Below are positions 14,180 to 23,734 of a stretch of 35,560 nt of DNA, piece after piece. Origin of the DNA: a virus (taxonomy: Duplodnaviria > Caudoviricetes); the IMG/VR virus record IMGVR_UViG_3300031965_000097, positions 1-35,560 of that record, one strand, 5' to 3'. The notes beneath the pieces are model-generated. The model did not search any database and was not told where the DNA came from. It saw nothing but the letters and a program-made list of their open reading frames with translations. Numbering within the stretch: the stretch's first letter is position 1; every line of letters begins with the position of its first letter. Position numbers and translations under genes: made by a program.

Positions 14180-15697
14180 ATGACTGTGAAGAACGAACAC
14201 GTTGATTACCAAAACATGACTGCAAAATGGCAGCGTTGCCTAGATGTCTGCAAGGGGCAAGACGCAATTCATGCAGCGGGTACCACTTATCTGCCAAGAC
14301 TCGGGGATCAAACTGAGTCCGATTACCAGGCTTACAAGGATCGGGCCTCTTTTTACAATGCTACTTGGCGGACGGTGGTAGGGTTACAAGGTATGTTATT
14401 CAGGAAGCCTCCGGCCGTGACTTTTCCGAAACAAGCTGAGGCAATGTTGGACAACATTACGTTGACAGGAACCTCCCTTCACTTGTTTGCATTGGAGGTA
14501 GCAGAGGAATGTTTGAAACTTGGGCGTGTCGGGGTGTTTGTTGATTTCCCTGTTGCACCAATAGGCGCAACACAAGCGGACGTACTGGGCAGCAATTTTA
14601 GACCTTCAATGAAGATTTATTCTGCTCCAAGTGTAATTAATTGGAAAACAAAGACCATCAATAACTCGACTATGTTATCGATGGTTGTGATTAAAGAGGT
14701 TGTCGATTTACCCGGTGACGACGAGTTCGCCGATATTGCAAAAATCCGTTATCGAGTGTTAGATTTGACCTTAAATGGCAACTTTTCTAAACCTATTTAT
14801 AGGGTTAGAGTGTTCGAAGTTGAAGATGACAGCGGTAAACCTAGGGATGTCTTAGTTGAAGGGCCGTTTTACCCAAAGATAAACGGAAAACATCTTGAAC
14901 TCATCCCTTTCCAATTCATTGGCGTCGATGATGTTAGCTGGGCTGTTGACGAGCCTCCGTTGATTGACCTAGTGGATGTAAACATTTCGCATTATCGGAC
15001 AAATGCGGACTATGAACATGGATGCCACTTCACAGGATTGCCAACACCAGTGATCAGCGGATACACTGTAGACCCTGCTAATACACAGAAATTCCACATT
15101 GGTAGCATGACGGCTTGGGTCTTCCCAAACGCGCAAGCGAAAGCAACTTATCTTGAATTCACCGGGCAAGGTCTCGATGCTTTGCGTACAAACCTCGACA
15201 AGAAGGAAGGTCAAATGGCCATCCTCGGTGCTCGCATGCTCGAGGTGCAAGTGCGCGGAGTTGAGTCGGCAAATACTGCATCCATCCATCGCGGTGGTGA
15301 GCAGTCTATGCTGGCGAGTATTGCGCAAGCTATCTCCATCGGCATTCAAAAAACGCTGGAAATGTTCTGCAAGTTTGCTGGTGCAGAAGGAGAAGTAAAG
15401 TTCGAGTTAAATCGTGACTTCTTCCCTGCACCAATGGATGCGCTAACCTTGACTGCAATTATTGCAGGGTGGCAGAACGGTGCATACAGCTACGATACAA
15501 TGTTTGCAAATCTTAAGAAAGGTGAAATCGTGCCCGTGGAAGCCACCCCCGAAGCTGAGCAAGCAGCAATTAAAGCGAACCCGCCACCGGCGCAGGATGT
15601 GCCCACGACACCAGGCAACGCCTCCCCGAAAGGCCCGAAGGCTAACGAAACCCCTGCAACACCAGCTCCAACCATAACACAGTTACAGAATACATGA
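14180..15697 (+). CDS. Portal protein (DUF4055-type)
   Basis: YLP...Y..Y..RA.FYN start, PPLIDL..NISHY; position after terL. Confidence 0.9.
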   Translation: MTVKNEHVDYQNMTAKWQRCLDVCKGQDAIHAAGTTYLPRLGDQTESDYQAYKDRASFYNATWRTVVGLQGMLFRKPPAVTFPKQAEAMLDNITLTGTSLHLFALEVAEECLKLGRVGVFVDFPVAPIGATQADVLGSNFRPSMKIYSAPSVINWKTKTINNSTMLSMVVIKEVVDLPGDDEFADIAKIRYRVLDLTLNGNFSKPIYRVRVFEVEDDSGKPRDVLVEGPFYPKINGKHLELIPFQFIGVDDVSWAVDEPPLIDLVDVNISHYRTNADYEHGCHFTGLPTPVISGYTVDPANTQKFHIGSMTAWVFPNAQAKATYLEFTGQGLDALRTNLDKKEGQMAILGARMLEVQVRGVESANTASIHRGGEQSMLASIAQAISIGIQKTLEMFCKFAGAEGEVKFELNRDFFPAPMDALTLTAIIAGWQNGAYSYDTMFANLKKGEIVPVEATPEAEQAAIKANPPPAQDVPTTPGNASPKGPKANETPATPAPTITQLQNT

Positions 15698-15724
15698 TCT
15701 AGTGTGGTTATAAACGGAGGTCCT

Positions 15725-15871
15725 ATGTCGAAGCCTAGCAAAGAGCAAGTTCGAGATTGGCAAGAAAAGAATCGAAAAGAACATCGACCTCCGCCTACTC
15801 CTGAACAAACCAAACGAGAACTTGGTTGGGATTTAATCAAAGAGACAAGAAAACAGAAGTCTAATAAATAA
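15725..15871 (+). CDS. Small protein MSKPSKEQVRDW...PPPTPEQTKRELGW (48 aa)
   Basis: Manual translation; GGAGG SD; similar to 5101..5238. Confidence 0.8.
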   Translation: MSKPSKEQVRDWQEKNRKEHRPPPTPEQTKRELGWDLIKETRKQKSNK

Positions 15872-15894
15872 TTACGTAAAGGCCTAAATAATCG

Positions 15895-15923
15895 TTGCGT
15901 TCTATTTTTAGAACGATTATAAT
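15895..15923 (+). promoter_or_regulatory. Sigma70-type promoter for head genes
   Basis: TTGCGT-17-TATAAT. Confidence 0.65.
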
Positions 15924-16002
15924 TAGTTTGAAATCATAATCTGTCTAAGCCGGATTACTTCGTTGCGACTAGGTCGCTATCTTAACTTCCCAAGGGGATC
16001 AC

Positions 16003-16764
16003 ATGTTCAAAAATACAAACTACAGCACAATTCGTCACGCAACAGTTCTCACCGCTCGCGAAGATGACCCGGCAGCAGCCGCAGCGCAAGCAGCGCAAGC
16101 AGCGGTCGATCTACAAAAAAAGATCGATGACGCAGTAATAGCAGCGACCAAAGGTCTGAAAGACAAGAATACTGAATTGCTTGGCAAGATGAAAGAAGCA
16201 AGCGACCGGGCGAAGTTGTTCGAAGGTCTTGACCCTGCAGAAATGAAAGCGTTGAAAGAACGTCTGGAAGCAGACGATGATGCTAAGCTTCTCGCACAAG
16301 GCAAGAAGAATGTTGTTATCGAAAAATACACAGAGCGTATGCGCGCATCTCACGCGGATGAATTAAAAGCCAAGGATGCAAAGATTGCCGAAGAAGCAGC
16401 GCGTGCCGATGCTTGGCGTGGCAGTGTGTTGGATAACCAGATTCGTGCAGTAACCGCCGGGCTGCATCCGGGGGCTGTCGAGGACGCCCTGTTGCACGCA
16501 CGTCAAATCTTTACGTTGGATGCCAAGGGCAATGCTGTGCAACTGGACTCCGAGGGACGTCCTGTATTGGGTAAAGATGGTTCCAAGCCGTTTAGCCCAA
16601 GTGAATGGATTGAGCTGCAAAAGGAATTGAAGCCTCATTGGTTCCCAATGAGCTCTTCAGGTAGCGGCTCGAGTGGCGCACGAGATGCAAGAGGCATCGG
16701 ACGCGATTTATCAGGACTCTCCCCAACGGAGCGGCTGACTGCTGCACGTAGCGGAAAAAAATAA
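16003..16764 (+). CDS. Head scaffolding protein
   Basis: Coiled coil GLKDKNTELL, PHWF..SSGSGS tail; directly before the capsid gene. Confidence 0.85.
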   Translation: MFKNTNYSTIRHATVLTAREDDPAAAAAQAAQAAVDLQKKIDDAVIAATKGLKDKNTELLGKMKEASDRAKLFEGLDPAEMKALKERLEADDDAKLLAQGKKNVVIEKYTERMRASHADELKAKDAKIAEEAARADAWRGSVLDNQIRAVTAGLHPGAVEDALLHARQIFTLDAKGNAVQLDSEGRPVLGKDGSKPFSPSEWIELQKELKPHWFPMSSSGSGSSGARDARGIGRDLSGLSPTERLTAARSGKK

Positions 16765-16777
16765 AGGATTTAAGATC

Positions 16778-17821
16778 ATGTTAAAGAAACTTACCAATGT
16801 GTTTGCCGCCCTGTTTGCGGCAATTGTACACGACGTTCGTGAGATCGCTTACATCCAGATCAACCGATTTATGGTTAGTCACGGATTGATGCTGCACGCA
16901 TTGACCCTTGTTGAAGCAGCAAAACTGGAGACAGGCGACATTATTCGTCAAGCAATTATCGAACTGTATGCGGGATCGTCCGACATTCTGATGAATTTAG
17001 GGTTTGAAAATATTCCCGGCAACGCGATGAAGTATAACCGTGAATCTTCTCTCCCTGGCGTCGGTTTCCGTGGGGTTAACGAGGCATACACACCTTCGAC
17101 CGGTATCCTGAATCCGTTGACCGAAGCGCTGGTTATTGCCGGCGGTGATCTGGACGTTGATAAGTTCATTATTGACACAATGGGTGCCAACCAACGGTCT
17201 GTCCATGAAGCAATGAAAGTTCGTGCCCTGTCCTTGGCGTGGACCCAAAAGTTCATCAAGGGTGACAATCAGTCCGATCCGCGGGAATTTGATGGTTTGC
17301 AAACTCGTATCACTGGTGCCCAAAAGATTGCAGCAGGTTCTACGGCCAATGGCTCTGCGCTGTCTCTGGCAAAGCTAGACGAAGCGATCGACCAGACGCT
17401 AAACCCGACTCACCTGCTGATGTCTAAAGCTATGCGTCGCCGTCTGACTCAAGGTGCCCGTAGCACTACCGTAGGCGGTTTCATTACCTACACCAAGGAT
17501 TCCTTTGGTCGCCCGGTTACTGTGTATAATGATTTGCCAATCTTAACGGTGGACCTTGACCACACCAATACGGAAATTCTCCCGTTCACCGAGGCTGCTA
17601 CGTCTGGAACAGATACTGCTACCTCCATCTATATTTTGTCAATGACAGAAGGTGGTGTTATCGGTTTGCAGAATGGCAGTGTCAGCGTCCGCGATATGGG
17701 CGAATTGCAAACCGCCCCGGTCTTCCGTACCCGCGTTGAATGGTATAACGGTTTCGGCGTCTTCAACGGCCGCGCAGCCACACGTCTGTGGTCCATCTCT
17801 GACGCAGCAGTTGTTGCGTAA
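16778..17821 (+). CDS. Major capsid protein
   Basis: LTLVEAAKL, FRGVNE, GGDLDVD, FDGL, RTRVEW motifs. Confidence 0.92.
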   Translation: MLKKLTNVFAALFAAIVHDVREIAYIQINRFMVSHGLMLHALTLVEAAKLETGDIIRQAIIELYAGSSDILMNLGFENIPGNAMKYNRESSLPGVGFRGVNEAYTPSTGILNPLTEALVIAGGDLDVDKFIIDTMGANQRSVHEAMKVRALSLAWTQKFIKGDNQSDPREFDGLQTRITGAQKIAAGSTANGSALSLAKLDEAIDQTLNPTHLLMSKAMRRRLTQGARSTTVGGFITYTKDSFGRPVTVYNDLPILTVDLDHTNTEILPFTEAATSGTDTATSIYILSMTEGGVIGLQNGSVSVRDMGELQTAPVFRTRVEWYNGFGVFNGRAATRLWSISDAAVVA

Positions 17822-17829
17822 TGCCCGAG

Positions 17830-17851
17830 GACTGGTGCTTCGGCACCAGTC
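17830..17851 (+). terminator. UUCG-tetraloop hairpin after the capsid gene (stabiliser or weak terminator)
   Basis: GACTGGTGC TTCG GCACCAGTC, no U tract. Confidence 0.55.
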
Positions 17852-17887
17852 ACTGAAGAACTCGTCAAAACTTAAAGGATTTACATC

Positions 17888-18301
17888 ATGGCAAACTTGT
17901 ACTCGCAATTCCAATACGATGGTGACTTGCTGCTCAAAGCGGCCGGACTCGTTGCAGCTTCTGCTGACGGCAGCATTCTTGACCTTGGTGAAGGTCTGGT
18001 CGACGGCTTTCTTGTTCTGGACGTCACTGCTGTGGAGGTGGCTTCGGGTAACGAAATTTACACCGTCTCACTTGAAGGCTCCAGTGTTGCAGCAATGACT
18101 TCACTATCGGTGTGCTTGGCGAAGATTGTTCTGGGCAATCTGGTTGTACCGATGGACGGAGCTACTGGTATAGGGCGTTTTGTTGTGCCGTTCCGCAATG
18201 AGCAAAATGGCGTTCTGCAACGTTACGTCCGGTTGAGCACCCTTGTGGCCGGTACCATTGCTACCGGTGTCAACTTCACAGCTTTTATCGCTAAACGTTA
18301 A
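17888..18301 (+). CDS. Capsid decoration/cement protein
   Basis: Beta-rich 137 aa after MCP; RYVRL motif. Confidence 0.7.
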   Translation: MANLYSQFQYDGDLLLKAAGLVAASADGSILDLGEGLVDGFLVLDVTAVEVASGNEIYTVSLEGSSVAAMTSLSVCLAKIVLGNLVVPMDGATGIGRFVVPFRNEQNGVLQRYVRLSTLVAGTIATGVNFTAFIAKR

Positions 18302-18325
18302 TCTACTAAAGCGTTCAATACTCAC

Positions 18326-18361
18326 ACCATGAAGAGGTTTGATCCCTTCTTCATGGTTTTA
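18326..18361 (+). terminator. Rho-independent terminator-like hairpin
   Basis: ACCATGAAGAGG...CTTCTTCATGGT followed by T run. Confidence 0.6.
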
Positions 18362-18377
18362 TTTTAAGGAGTTGATC

Positions 18378-19001
18378 ATGACACGAAATATTGAAGTTGA
18401 AACAGCAATCAACGCGAATATTAAAAAGTTCTCTCTTGTTGATTTGGACCAACAAACGGATACCGCTTCTAAAGGTACGGTCCCGGCAGCGGTTCAAGCT
18501 TATTGTGTGGCCAGCGAGTACGGCGACAATTTAATGCATAAAACAGTGCTTACGTTGACCGATCTCCCGATCACTATGCGGGACACCGAACAGGGCGGTG
18601 GGGCAAAAGTCTACACTTTCCCGGCCGGGCGGATCCTGCGTCTCGGAGCAACTGCTTCCATCGCTGTTACTACAACATCGGTCCTCGCAGACACGCTCAA
18701 CACCGGCGTAACTTGTAATTACGGTGTGGGTTCCACAACTCAAGCTAGTGCAACGGTGGCGACAACTGAACAAGACTTCGTCAACGTTGCAGCCTTCACA
18801 GCTTCTGCTACAATCGATGTTGCCGGTGCAGTTGCAAACGGTGTCGGTCCAGGTGTCCTGGCGTCGCTCGACGGCACTTCGACTGCAATTGATGCATTTT
18901 TAAACCTTGCAGTGGCGTCTGCAACAGACATCGATGCTGATGCAACCGTGCTCGTTAATGGAACTATCACATTAGTCTGGTGTAACGTCGGCGATTACTA
19001 A
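18378..19001 (+). CDS. Virion structural protein
   Basis: Start MTRNIE with AAGGAG SD; Thr/Ala-rich beta protein in the head module. Confidence 0.75.
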   Translation: MTRNIEVETAINANIKKFSLVDLDQQTDTASKGTVPAAVQAYCVASEYGDNLMHKTVLTLTDLPITMRDTEQGGGAKVYTFPAGRILRLGATASIAVTTTSVLADTLNTGVTCNYGVGSTTQASATVATTEQDFVNVAAFTASATIDVAGAVANGVGPGVLASLDGTSTAIDAFLNLAVASATDIDADATVLVNGTITLVWCNVGDY

Positions 19002-19053
19002 AACCGAGGGGCTAGGGTAACTTAGCCTCATCGAGTCCTGGGATGTGCATCCA

Positions 19054-19971
19054 ATGATTAGCAAACTATTCTTTTTTGTGTTGTTCGCGGTCAGTTTGAC
19101 TGTATCCGCGTCCCCGCAGTCTGCAAAGATGATAACAGATGGCGCTGGTCGCTTGCTCCTGCAACATTATGATCCAATATCGGGCGAGTACCAAGAGACG
19201 TCAAAAGACCACGGTCTGCCTGTGCGTATACTCGGCGACTATTTTACAGCCGTTGGGTTTTCGCAGATACCGGGTCATTCAAGGGTGTCAGCGCTCGGTA
19301 ATAATCCTGACATTGACGTCGCCGCGCCTGAGGATGTATGGACGGGCGGCGGCACGTACCCCTGGATGCCTGCTGCAACATCCCTTGAGATCGTATCAGG
19401 TTGCGCTGATGATTCAGCGTCAGGCATTGGCGCTCGCACTGTACTAGTCAACACGTTGTCTGGCACTTACGCCGAGTTGCCACAAATCCTAACCATGAAC
19501 GGGACGAGCGCTGTACCGCTACCGTCACAAGGGTTGAGAATTAACCCGTCATTTATTCTGACCGCTGGCACCAATAGAACTAATGTTTGCGACATCACCA
19601 TCCGGGATGCGGGCGGCGGAGCAACCCGGGCAGTAATCCCTGCAGGATACGGAATTACTCGGCAAAGCGCATACACGATACCGGCCGGTAAAACGTTAAG
19701 CATCGTTTCGTTTGTGTTCTCGATCACAAGGGCTGGAGGGGCCACCAAAAGCGCCACGATTGCAACTTTCATCCAGACGTCAGCGAATGTATACAGATTG
19801 CCGTTGGAGTTAGAGATTGCAACCGGATCACCCTATCTGCATCCCGGTCAACCGGGCGTCGTTTTGCCGGAAAAGACAGACTTTGCATTTCGTGTGACAG
19901 CCGTCACTGCGGAAAACACTAACGTCACAGCCGCTTGGCTAGGCGTGCTCAAAACCAATGGGGTTGACTAA
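19054..19971 (+). CDS. Probable virion protein with signal-peptide-like N-terminus
   Basis: GNNPDID..EDVW.GGG.Y pattern; MISKLFFFVLFAVSLTVSA start. Confidence 0.7.
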   Translation: MISKLFFFVLFAVSLTVSASPQSAKMITDGAGRLLLQHYDPISGEYQETSKDHGLPVRILGDYFTAVGFSQIPGHSRVSALGNNPDIDVAAPEDVWTGGGTYPWMPAATSLEIVSGCADDSASGIGARTVLVNTLSGTYAELPQILTMNGTSAVPLPSQGLRINPSFILTAGTNRTNVCDITIRDAGGGATRAVIPAGYGITRQSAYTIPAGKTLSIVSFVFSITRAGGATKSATIATFIQTSANVYRLPLELEIATGSPYLHPGQPGVVLPEKTDFAFRVTAVTAENTNVTAAWLGVLKTNGVD

Positions 19972-19972
19972 A

Positions 19973-20173
19973 ATGCCACTAATTACATGTTATGACCCAA
20001 AAGGGAATCCCCGGCAAAAAGAAACAGTAGATGCCCGAGAATGCTGCGAATACTGTGGCTATACGATGGCGCCTCCCATAAATAAAACGACAGAAGCGTC
20101 AGACGGGCCTTCTATGGTTGAGCCAATGGTGAATTCTGACGGTTTCAAGACACCTTGGGCAAAACCTGATTAA
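19973..20173 (+). CDS. Small hypothetical protein
   Basis: In-operon ORF. Confidence 0.6.
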   Translation: MPLITCYDPKGNPRQKETVDARECCEYCGYTMAPPINKTTEASDGPSMVEPMVNSDGFKTPWAKPD

Positions 20174-20196
20174 TCTTAACAGGACTGAGGTCTACT

Positions 20197-20736
20197 ATGG
20201 CATTAGTTGTAGAAGATGGAACTGGAAAAGCTGACGCAGAAAGTTATATTTCTGTAGCGGATGCCGACACCTACCATTCCAATCGTAACAGTACCTCCTG
20301 GGCAGTGTTGAGCACTGCAGTTAAGGAAGCTTGTCTCCGTAAAGCAACGGAGTACATGGTCAATCAATACCGGACAAGGTGGCTTGGTGTTCGGGTTGAG
20401 TCGAGCACAGGCCAAGCTTTAGATTGGCCTCGTGCCTTCGTTTACAGTGAACCATTCCTTAACGGTGCGGTGGGCGAATACCCATATTTGGTCGCAGATG
20501 ACGTAGTTCCAACTGAAGTGCAAAGAGCTTGTGCAGAATTAGCTCTCCGTGCTAGCGCAACTACTCTTGACCCCGATCTTGAGCAAAAGGTTGTGCAAGA
20601 AACAGTTGGCCCAATTACGGTGAAATATGATGTAAATGCTCCTGTTTACGTTACTTATCGACAGATCGATAACATGTTGAAGATATACTTGAAAACTGGT
20701 GGTAACTCTGGCATGGTGCGGTTGACGCGTTGTTAA
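20197..20736 (+). CDS. Head-tail adaptor (DnaT-like family)
   Basis: MALVVEDGTG..AESY, QALDWPR, VGPITVKY motifs. Confidence 0.88.
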   Translation: MALVVEDGTGKADAESYISVADADTYHSNRNSTSWAVLSTAVKEACLRKATEYMVNQYRTRWLGVRVESSTGQALDWPRAFVYSEPFLNGAVGEYPYLVADDVVPTEVQRACAELALRASATTLDPDLEQKVVQETVGPITVKYDVNAPVYVTYRQIDNMLKIYLKTGGNSGMVRLTRC

Positions 20737-20768
20737 CCTAAGTCTAACAGCTGATACAAATAAACCAC

Positions 20769-20797
20769 TTGCAGATCTTAATATTCCGTGTTAGCAT
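20769..20797 (+). promoter_or_regulatory. Candidate promoter for neck/tail genes
   Basis: TTGCAG-17-TAGCAT with extended TG. Confidence 0.45.
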
Positions 20798-20824
20798 AGT
20801 CCAATTATCTAGCAATGTGACATC

Positions 20825-21223
20825 ATGAGCTTCTATGATAGAATGTCAGCGTTAGCGTTAAAGCAACTGACTAAATATGGTCAGTCTGTCACGCTACGCC
20901 CATTCTCTCAAGGTGGTGGCGACTACGATCCGAATACAGGCGCAGCTACTCCGGACGGGGCAGACGGTGTTGAAGACGAGAGCCGGAAAGCGTTGGTTAC
21001 AGATCAGCCCGGAAGTCAGATTGCACAGAGATTCGGGCAAACCTTGCAAAACGGGACACTGCTTCAGTCAACAGATAAATGGTTGTATATGGATGCAGAC
21101 GGGCAAGTGCCAAAGTTGCAAGACCATGTTATTTTTGACAATACTGATTTTTCTATTATAAATGTTCAAGTTACAAGCCCTGGGGGGACACCAATATTAT
21201 ACTTATTGGTGCTGAGAGCATGA
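20825..21223 (+). CDS. Head closure/head-tail joining protein
   Basis: FY..M...A...L.KYG, YDP.TG, P.G..ILY pattern; position. Confidence 0.8.
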   Translation: MSFYDRMSALALKQLTKYGQSVTLRPFSQGGGDYDPNTGAATPDGADGVEDESRKALVTDQPGSQIAQRFGQTLQNGTLLQSTDKWLYMDADGQVPKLQDHVIFDNTDFSIINVQVTSPGGTPILYLLVLRA

Positions 21224-21693
21224 GTAACTCAATCAATGCTAAAGCTTCTTCGGATATGTTCAAGTTCATTGAAAAAGCTAAAGGGAAGATTCAGAAATTA
21301 ACAAGAAACACACTGATGGAAATTGGTTACAGGATTGTCATGCGTTCTCCAATTGGAGATCCCTCAACCTGGCATCCGCCATACTGGCCGAAAGGCTACA
21401 GACCCGGTCATTTTCTTAATAACTGGCAACTCGGCATCGATGCGATTCCCCAAGGCGTGATTGCTGGAGAAGTCTCAAGTACTGGACCGATCGTTGCAAG
21501 ATTAAGTAAAGTTGGACGCTGGCCTGTTGGGCATGTTTATTATTTTGTGAACAATGTGCCGTATGCTGCTGTCTTAGAAAGAGGGCTGCACTCGCCACAG
21601 GTTGGACCGCTTGGAATGGTAGGGTTAACAACAATGGAGTTCCCAGATATAGTCAGGGAAGCTGAAGCTAACTTAGCAGCAGAGGGCGCATAG
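21220..21693 (+). CDS. Neck/tail completion protein (HK97 gp10-like)
   Basis: SPIG, G.F..NWQ, NNVPYA..LE.G.S.Q.P.GMV motifs. Confidence 0.85.
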   Translation: MSNSINAKASSDMFKFIEKAKGKIQKLTRNTLMEIGYRIVMRSPIGDPSTWHPPYWPKGYRPGHFLNNWQLGIDAIPQGVIAGEVSSTGPIVARLSKVGRWPVGHVYYFVNNVPYAAVLERGLHSPQVGPLGMVGLTTMEFPDIVREAEANLAAEGA

Positions 21694-22343
21694 TGTCAAT
21701 TGTGAAGATCCGAGCAGCTTTAGAGATTGCTCTTGACGCAATGGCAGGAATCATCCCAAGCGTCAATATATCTACTTCCACTTCAGGAACAACTGCTGCT
21801 TTTATAAGTGCTTCAGCACATGGGATGACGACCGGGATGACTGTTAGTATCTCAGGTCATGTTGGATCAACACCAGATTTAAACGGGACTTATTTGTTTG
21901 TGTCGACAGGGGCTAGTGCTTTTAGCCTGCAACACCCTGTAACGAAAGCAGCGATCGCAAGCACGGCAAACGGTACGGGTGGGGTTTTAACTGCTAACCT
22001 TACCGCATGGGAAGGGGTAGGGTTTGCACCTGTTGCCGGGGTTGCTTTTCAGCGCGTAAACCTGTTGCCCGCTACCCCCTTTAACCCTAGCTTTGGTGGA
22101 AACCATAGCCGCGAGTCAGGTTATATGCAAGTCACCTTGTATTACCCTCTGCAAAGAGGGACAAACGCAGTGATGACAAGAGCTGAGCTTATTCGATCGA
22201 CTTTCCCAAGGGGATCTTCGTTCACAAACAATGGGATAACTGTGCATATCCCGAAAACCCCGGAGATTTTGCCCGGAGTTGTGCAAGACGAAAATTTTGT
22301 AGTCCCGGTCAAAGTTCAGTATTGGTCCGATATATTTGCGTAG
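21693..22343 (+). CDS. Tail terminator-like protein with inserted beta domain
   Basis: IRAALE...AWE..F.P...G..QV..YP..G..F.RG core interrupted by ~90 aa. Confidence 0.75.
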   Translation: MSIVKIRAALEIALDAMAGIIPSVNISTSTSGTTAAFISASAHGMTTGMTVSISGHVGSTPDLNGTYLFVSTGASAFSLQHPVTKAAIASTANGTGGVLTANLTAWEGVGFAPVAGVAFQRVNLLPATPFNPSFGGNHSRESGYMQVTLYYPLQRGTNAVMTRAELIRSTFPRGSSFTNNGITVHIPKTPEILPGVVQDENFVVPVKVQYWSDIFA

Positions 22344-22408
22344 TTTCAAAACCTGCCGCGTGAGCGGCCCAATTCACCGCACTGGGCGGGCTACTTAAAG
22401 GAAATATC

Positions 22409-23638
22409 ATGACAACGATTGCATCAGGTATTAATAAGCTGCTGACTTTCAAGAAACAGTCAGCTCTTGGCACCATCGCCACAGCAGGTTCTGCACAAAA
22501 CTTGCGTCGCACTACATCGACTCTGGACAAGAAGAAGGCTACTTACGCCTCGAAGGAAATTAAACCTTCGCAGCAAGTCTCGAACTTCCGCCATGGTGTG
22601 GTTAGCGTCGACGGTACAATTAGTGGGGAACTGTCCGTTGGCACCTATCAAGCATTTACTGAATCTATTTGTCGTCAACTAGTCCTTGCAGCAGTATCGA
22701 GCGGTGCTCTGACTGATGTTACCGCTGCGTCTACCTCCGGTGCGGAAGGCACATTCACCACTGCTGGAGCCGATTGGTTGTCACTAGGCTTTAAAAAAGG
22801 CATGGTACTTCGTTGGACAGGTTGGGCAACCACTGGTGCTACGAATAACTCCACCAACATGTTAATCACAGCGTTGACCGCAACTGTAATGACTGCTGTT
22901 CGTTTGGACGGCGTTGCAGTTGGTGGCAAAGCGGCAGGCGATAGCGTTACGGCGCTGGAAGTCGGTAAACACACTTTCATTCCAGCTAGCGGGCATACCC
23001 GGGATTATTACTCAATTGAGCACAATTTTGAAGATATCACACAATCTGAGGTATTTACCGATTGCGTGATTACCCAGATGGATGTGAAGCTACCTGCAAC
23101 AGGCATGGCTAACGTTGATTTCATGGTCAAGGGTTTGGACATGACAGAAGGAACAACTGGTTACTTCACCAGCCCGACTGCTGTCACTACAGGGACAACC
23201 CTCGCAGCAGCGAATGGCGTGGTTTACTTGCAAGGTTCTGCGGTTGCACTAATCACAGGGTTGAACTTCTCGGTCAAAGGTGGACATACCACGATCGGGG
23301 GTGTTGTTGGCAGCAATGTTGAACCGGATATTTTCCCGGGCACAGTGACGGTGGATGGTCAGGTGACAGTCCTGTTTGCTGACGCAACTATTCGTGACTA
23401 TTTCTTGGATGAAACTGAAGTTGAGCTGATCTGTGTGTTTACAACAGATAGCTCCGCAACTGCTGGCTTCCAAGCCTATAGTTTCCCCCGTGTCAAGGTA
23501 GGCGGTGCAAATAAGGACGATGGTGAAAAAGGCCTGGTGATGACCATGCCTTTCACCGCATTGGAAAATGTCTCAGGTGGTTCGGGTACTAGTACGCATG
23601 CGACAACCTTCGCGGTCCAAGACAGCGCGTTCGCGTAA
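22409..23638 (+). CDS. Major tail tube protein
   Basis: LRRT.STL, S.EI, V.G.I.GELS, YSIE motifs; position. Confidence 0.88.
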   Translation: MTTIASGINKLLTFKKQSALGTIATAGSAQNLRRTTSTLDKKKATYASKEIKPSQQVSNFRHGVVSVDGTISGELSVGTYQAFTESICRQLVLAAVSSGALTDVTAASTSGAEGTFTTAGADWLSLGFKKGMVLRWTGWATTGATNNSTNMLITALTATVMTAVRLDGVAVGGKAAGDSVTALEVGKHTFIPASGHTRDYYSIEHNFEDITQSEVFTDCVITQMDVKLPATGMANVDFMVKGLDMTEGTTGYFTSPTAVTTGTTLAAANGVVYLQGSAVALITGLNFSVKGGHTTIGGVVGSNVEPDIFPGTVTVDGQVTVLFADATIRDYFLDETEVELICVFTTDSSATAGFQAYSFPRVKVGGANKDDGEKGLVMTMPFTALENVSGGSGTSTHATTFAVQDSAFA

Positions 23639-23675
23639 AGAATCAGGACGTTGGTGACTCCTCGTCCTGTGCTTT

Positions 23676-23703
23676 CCCCTCGGCCAAAACCGAGGGGCTT
23701 TTT
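23676..23703 (+). terminator. Rho-independent terminator
   Basis: CCCCTCGG CCAAAA CCGAGGGG CTTTTT. Confidence 0.75.
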
Positions 23704-23734
23704 AAACAGTAGTATCAATTAAAATAGGTAAAAT

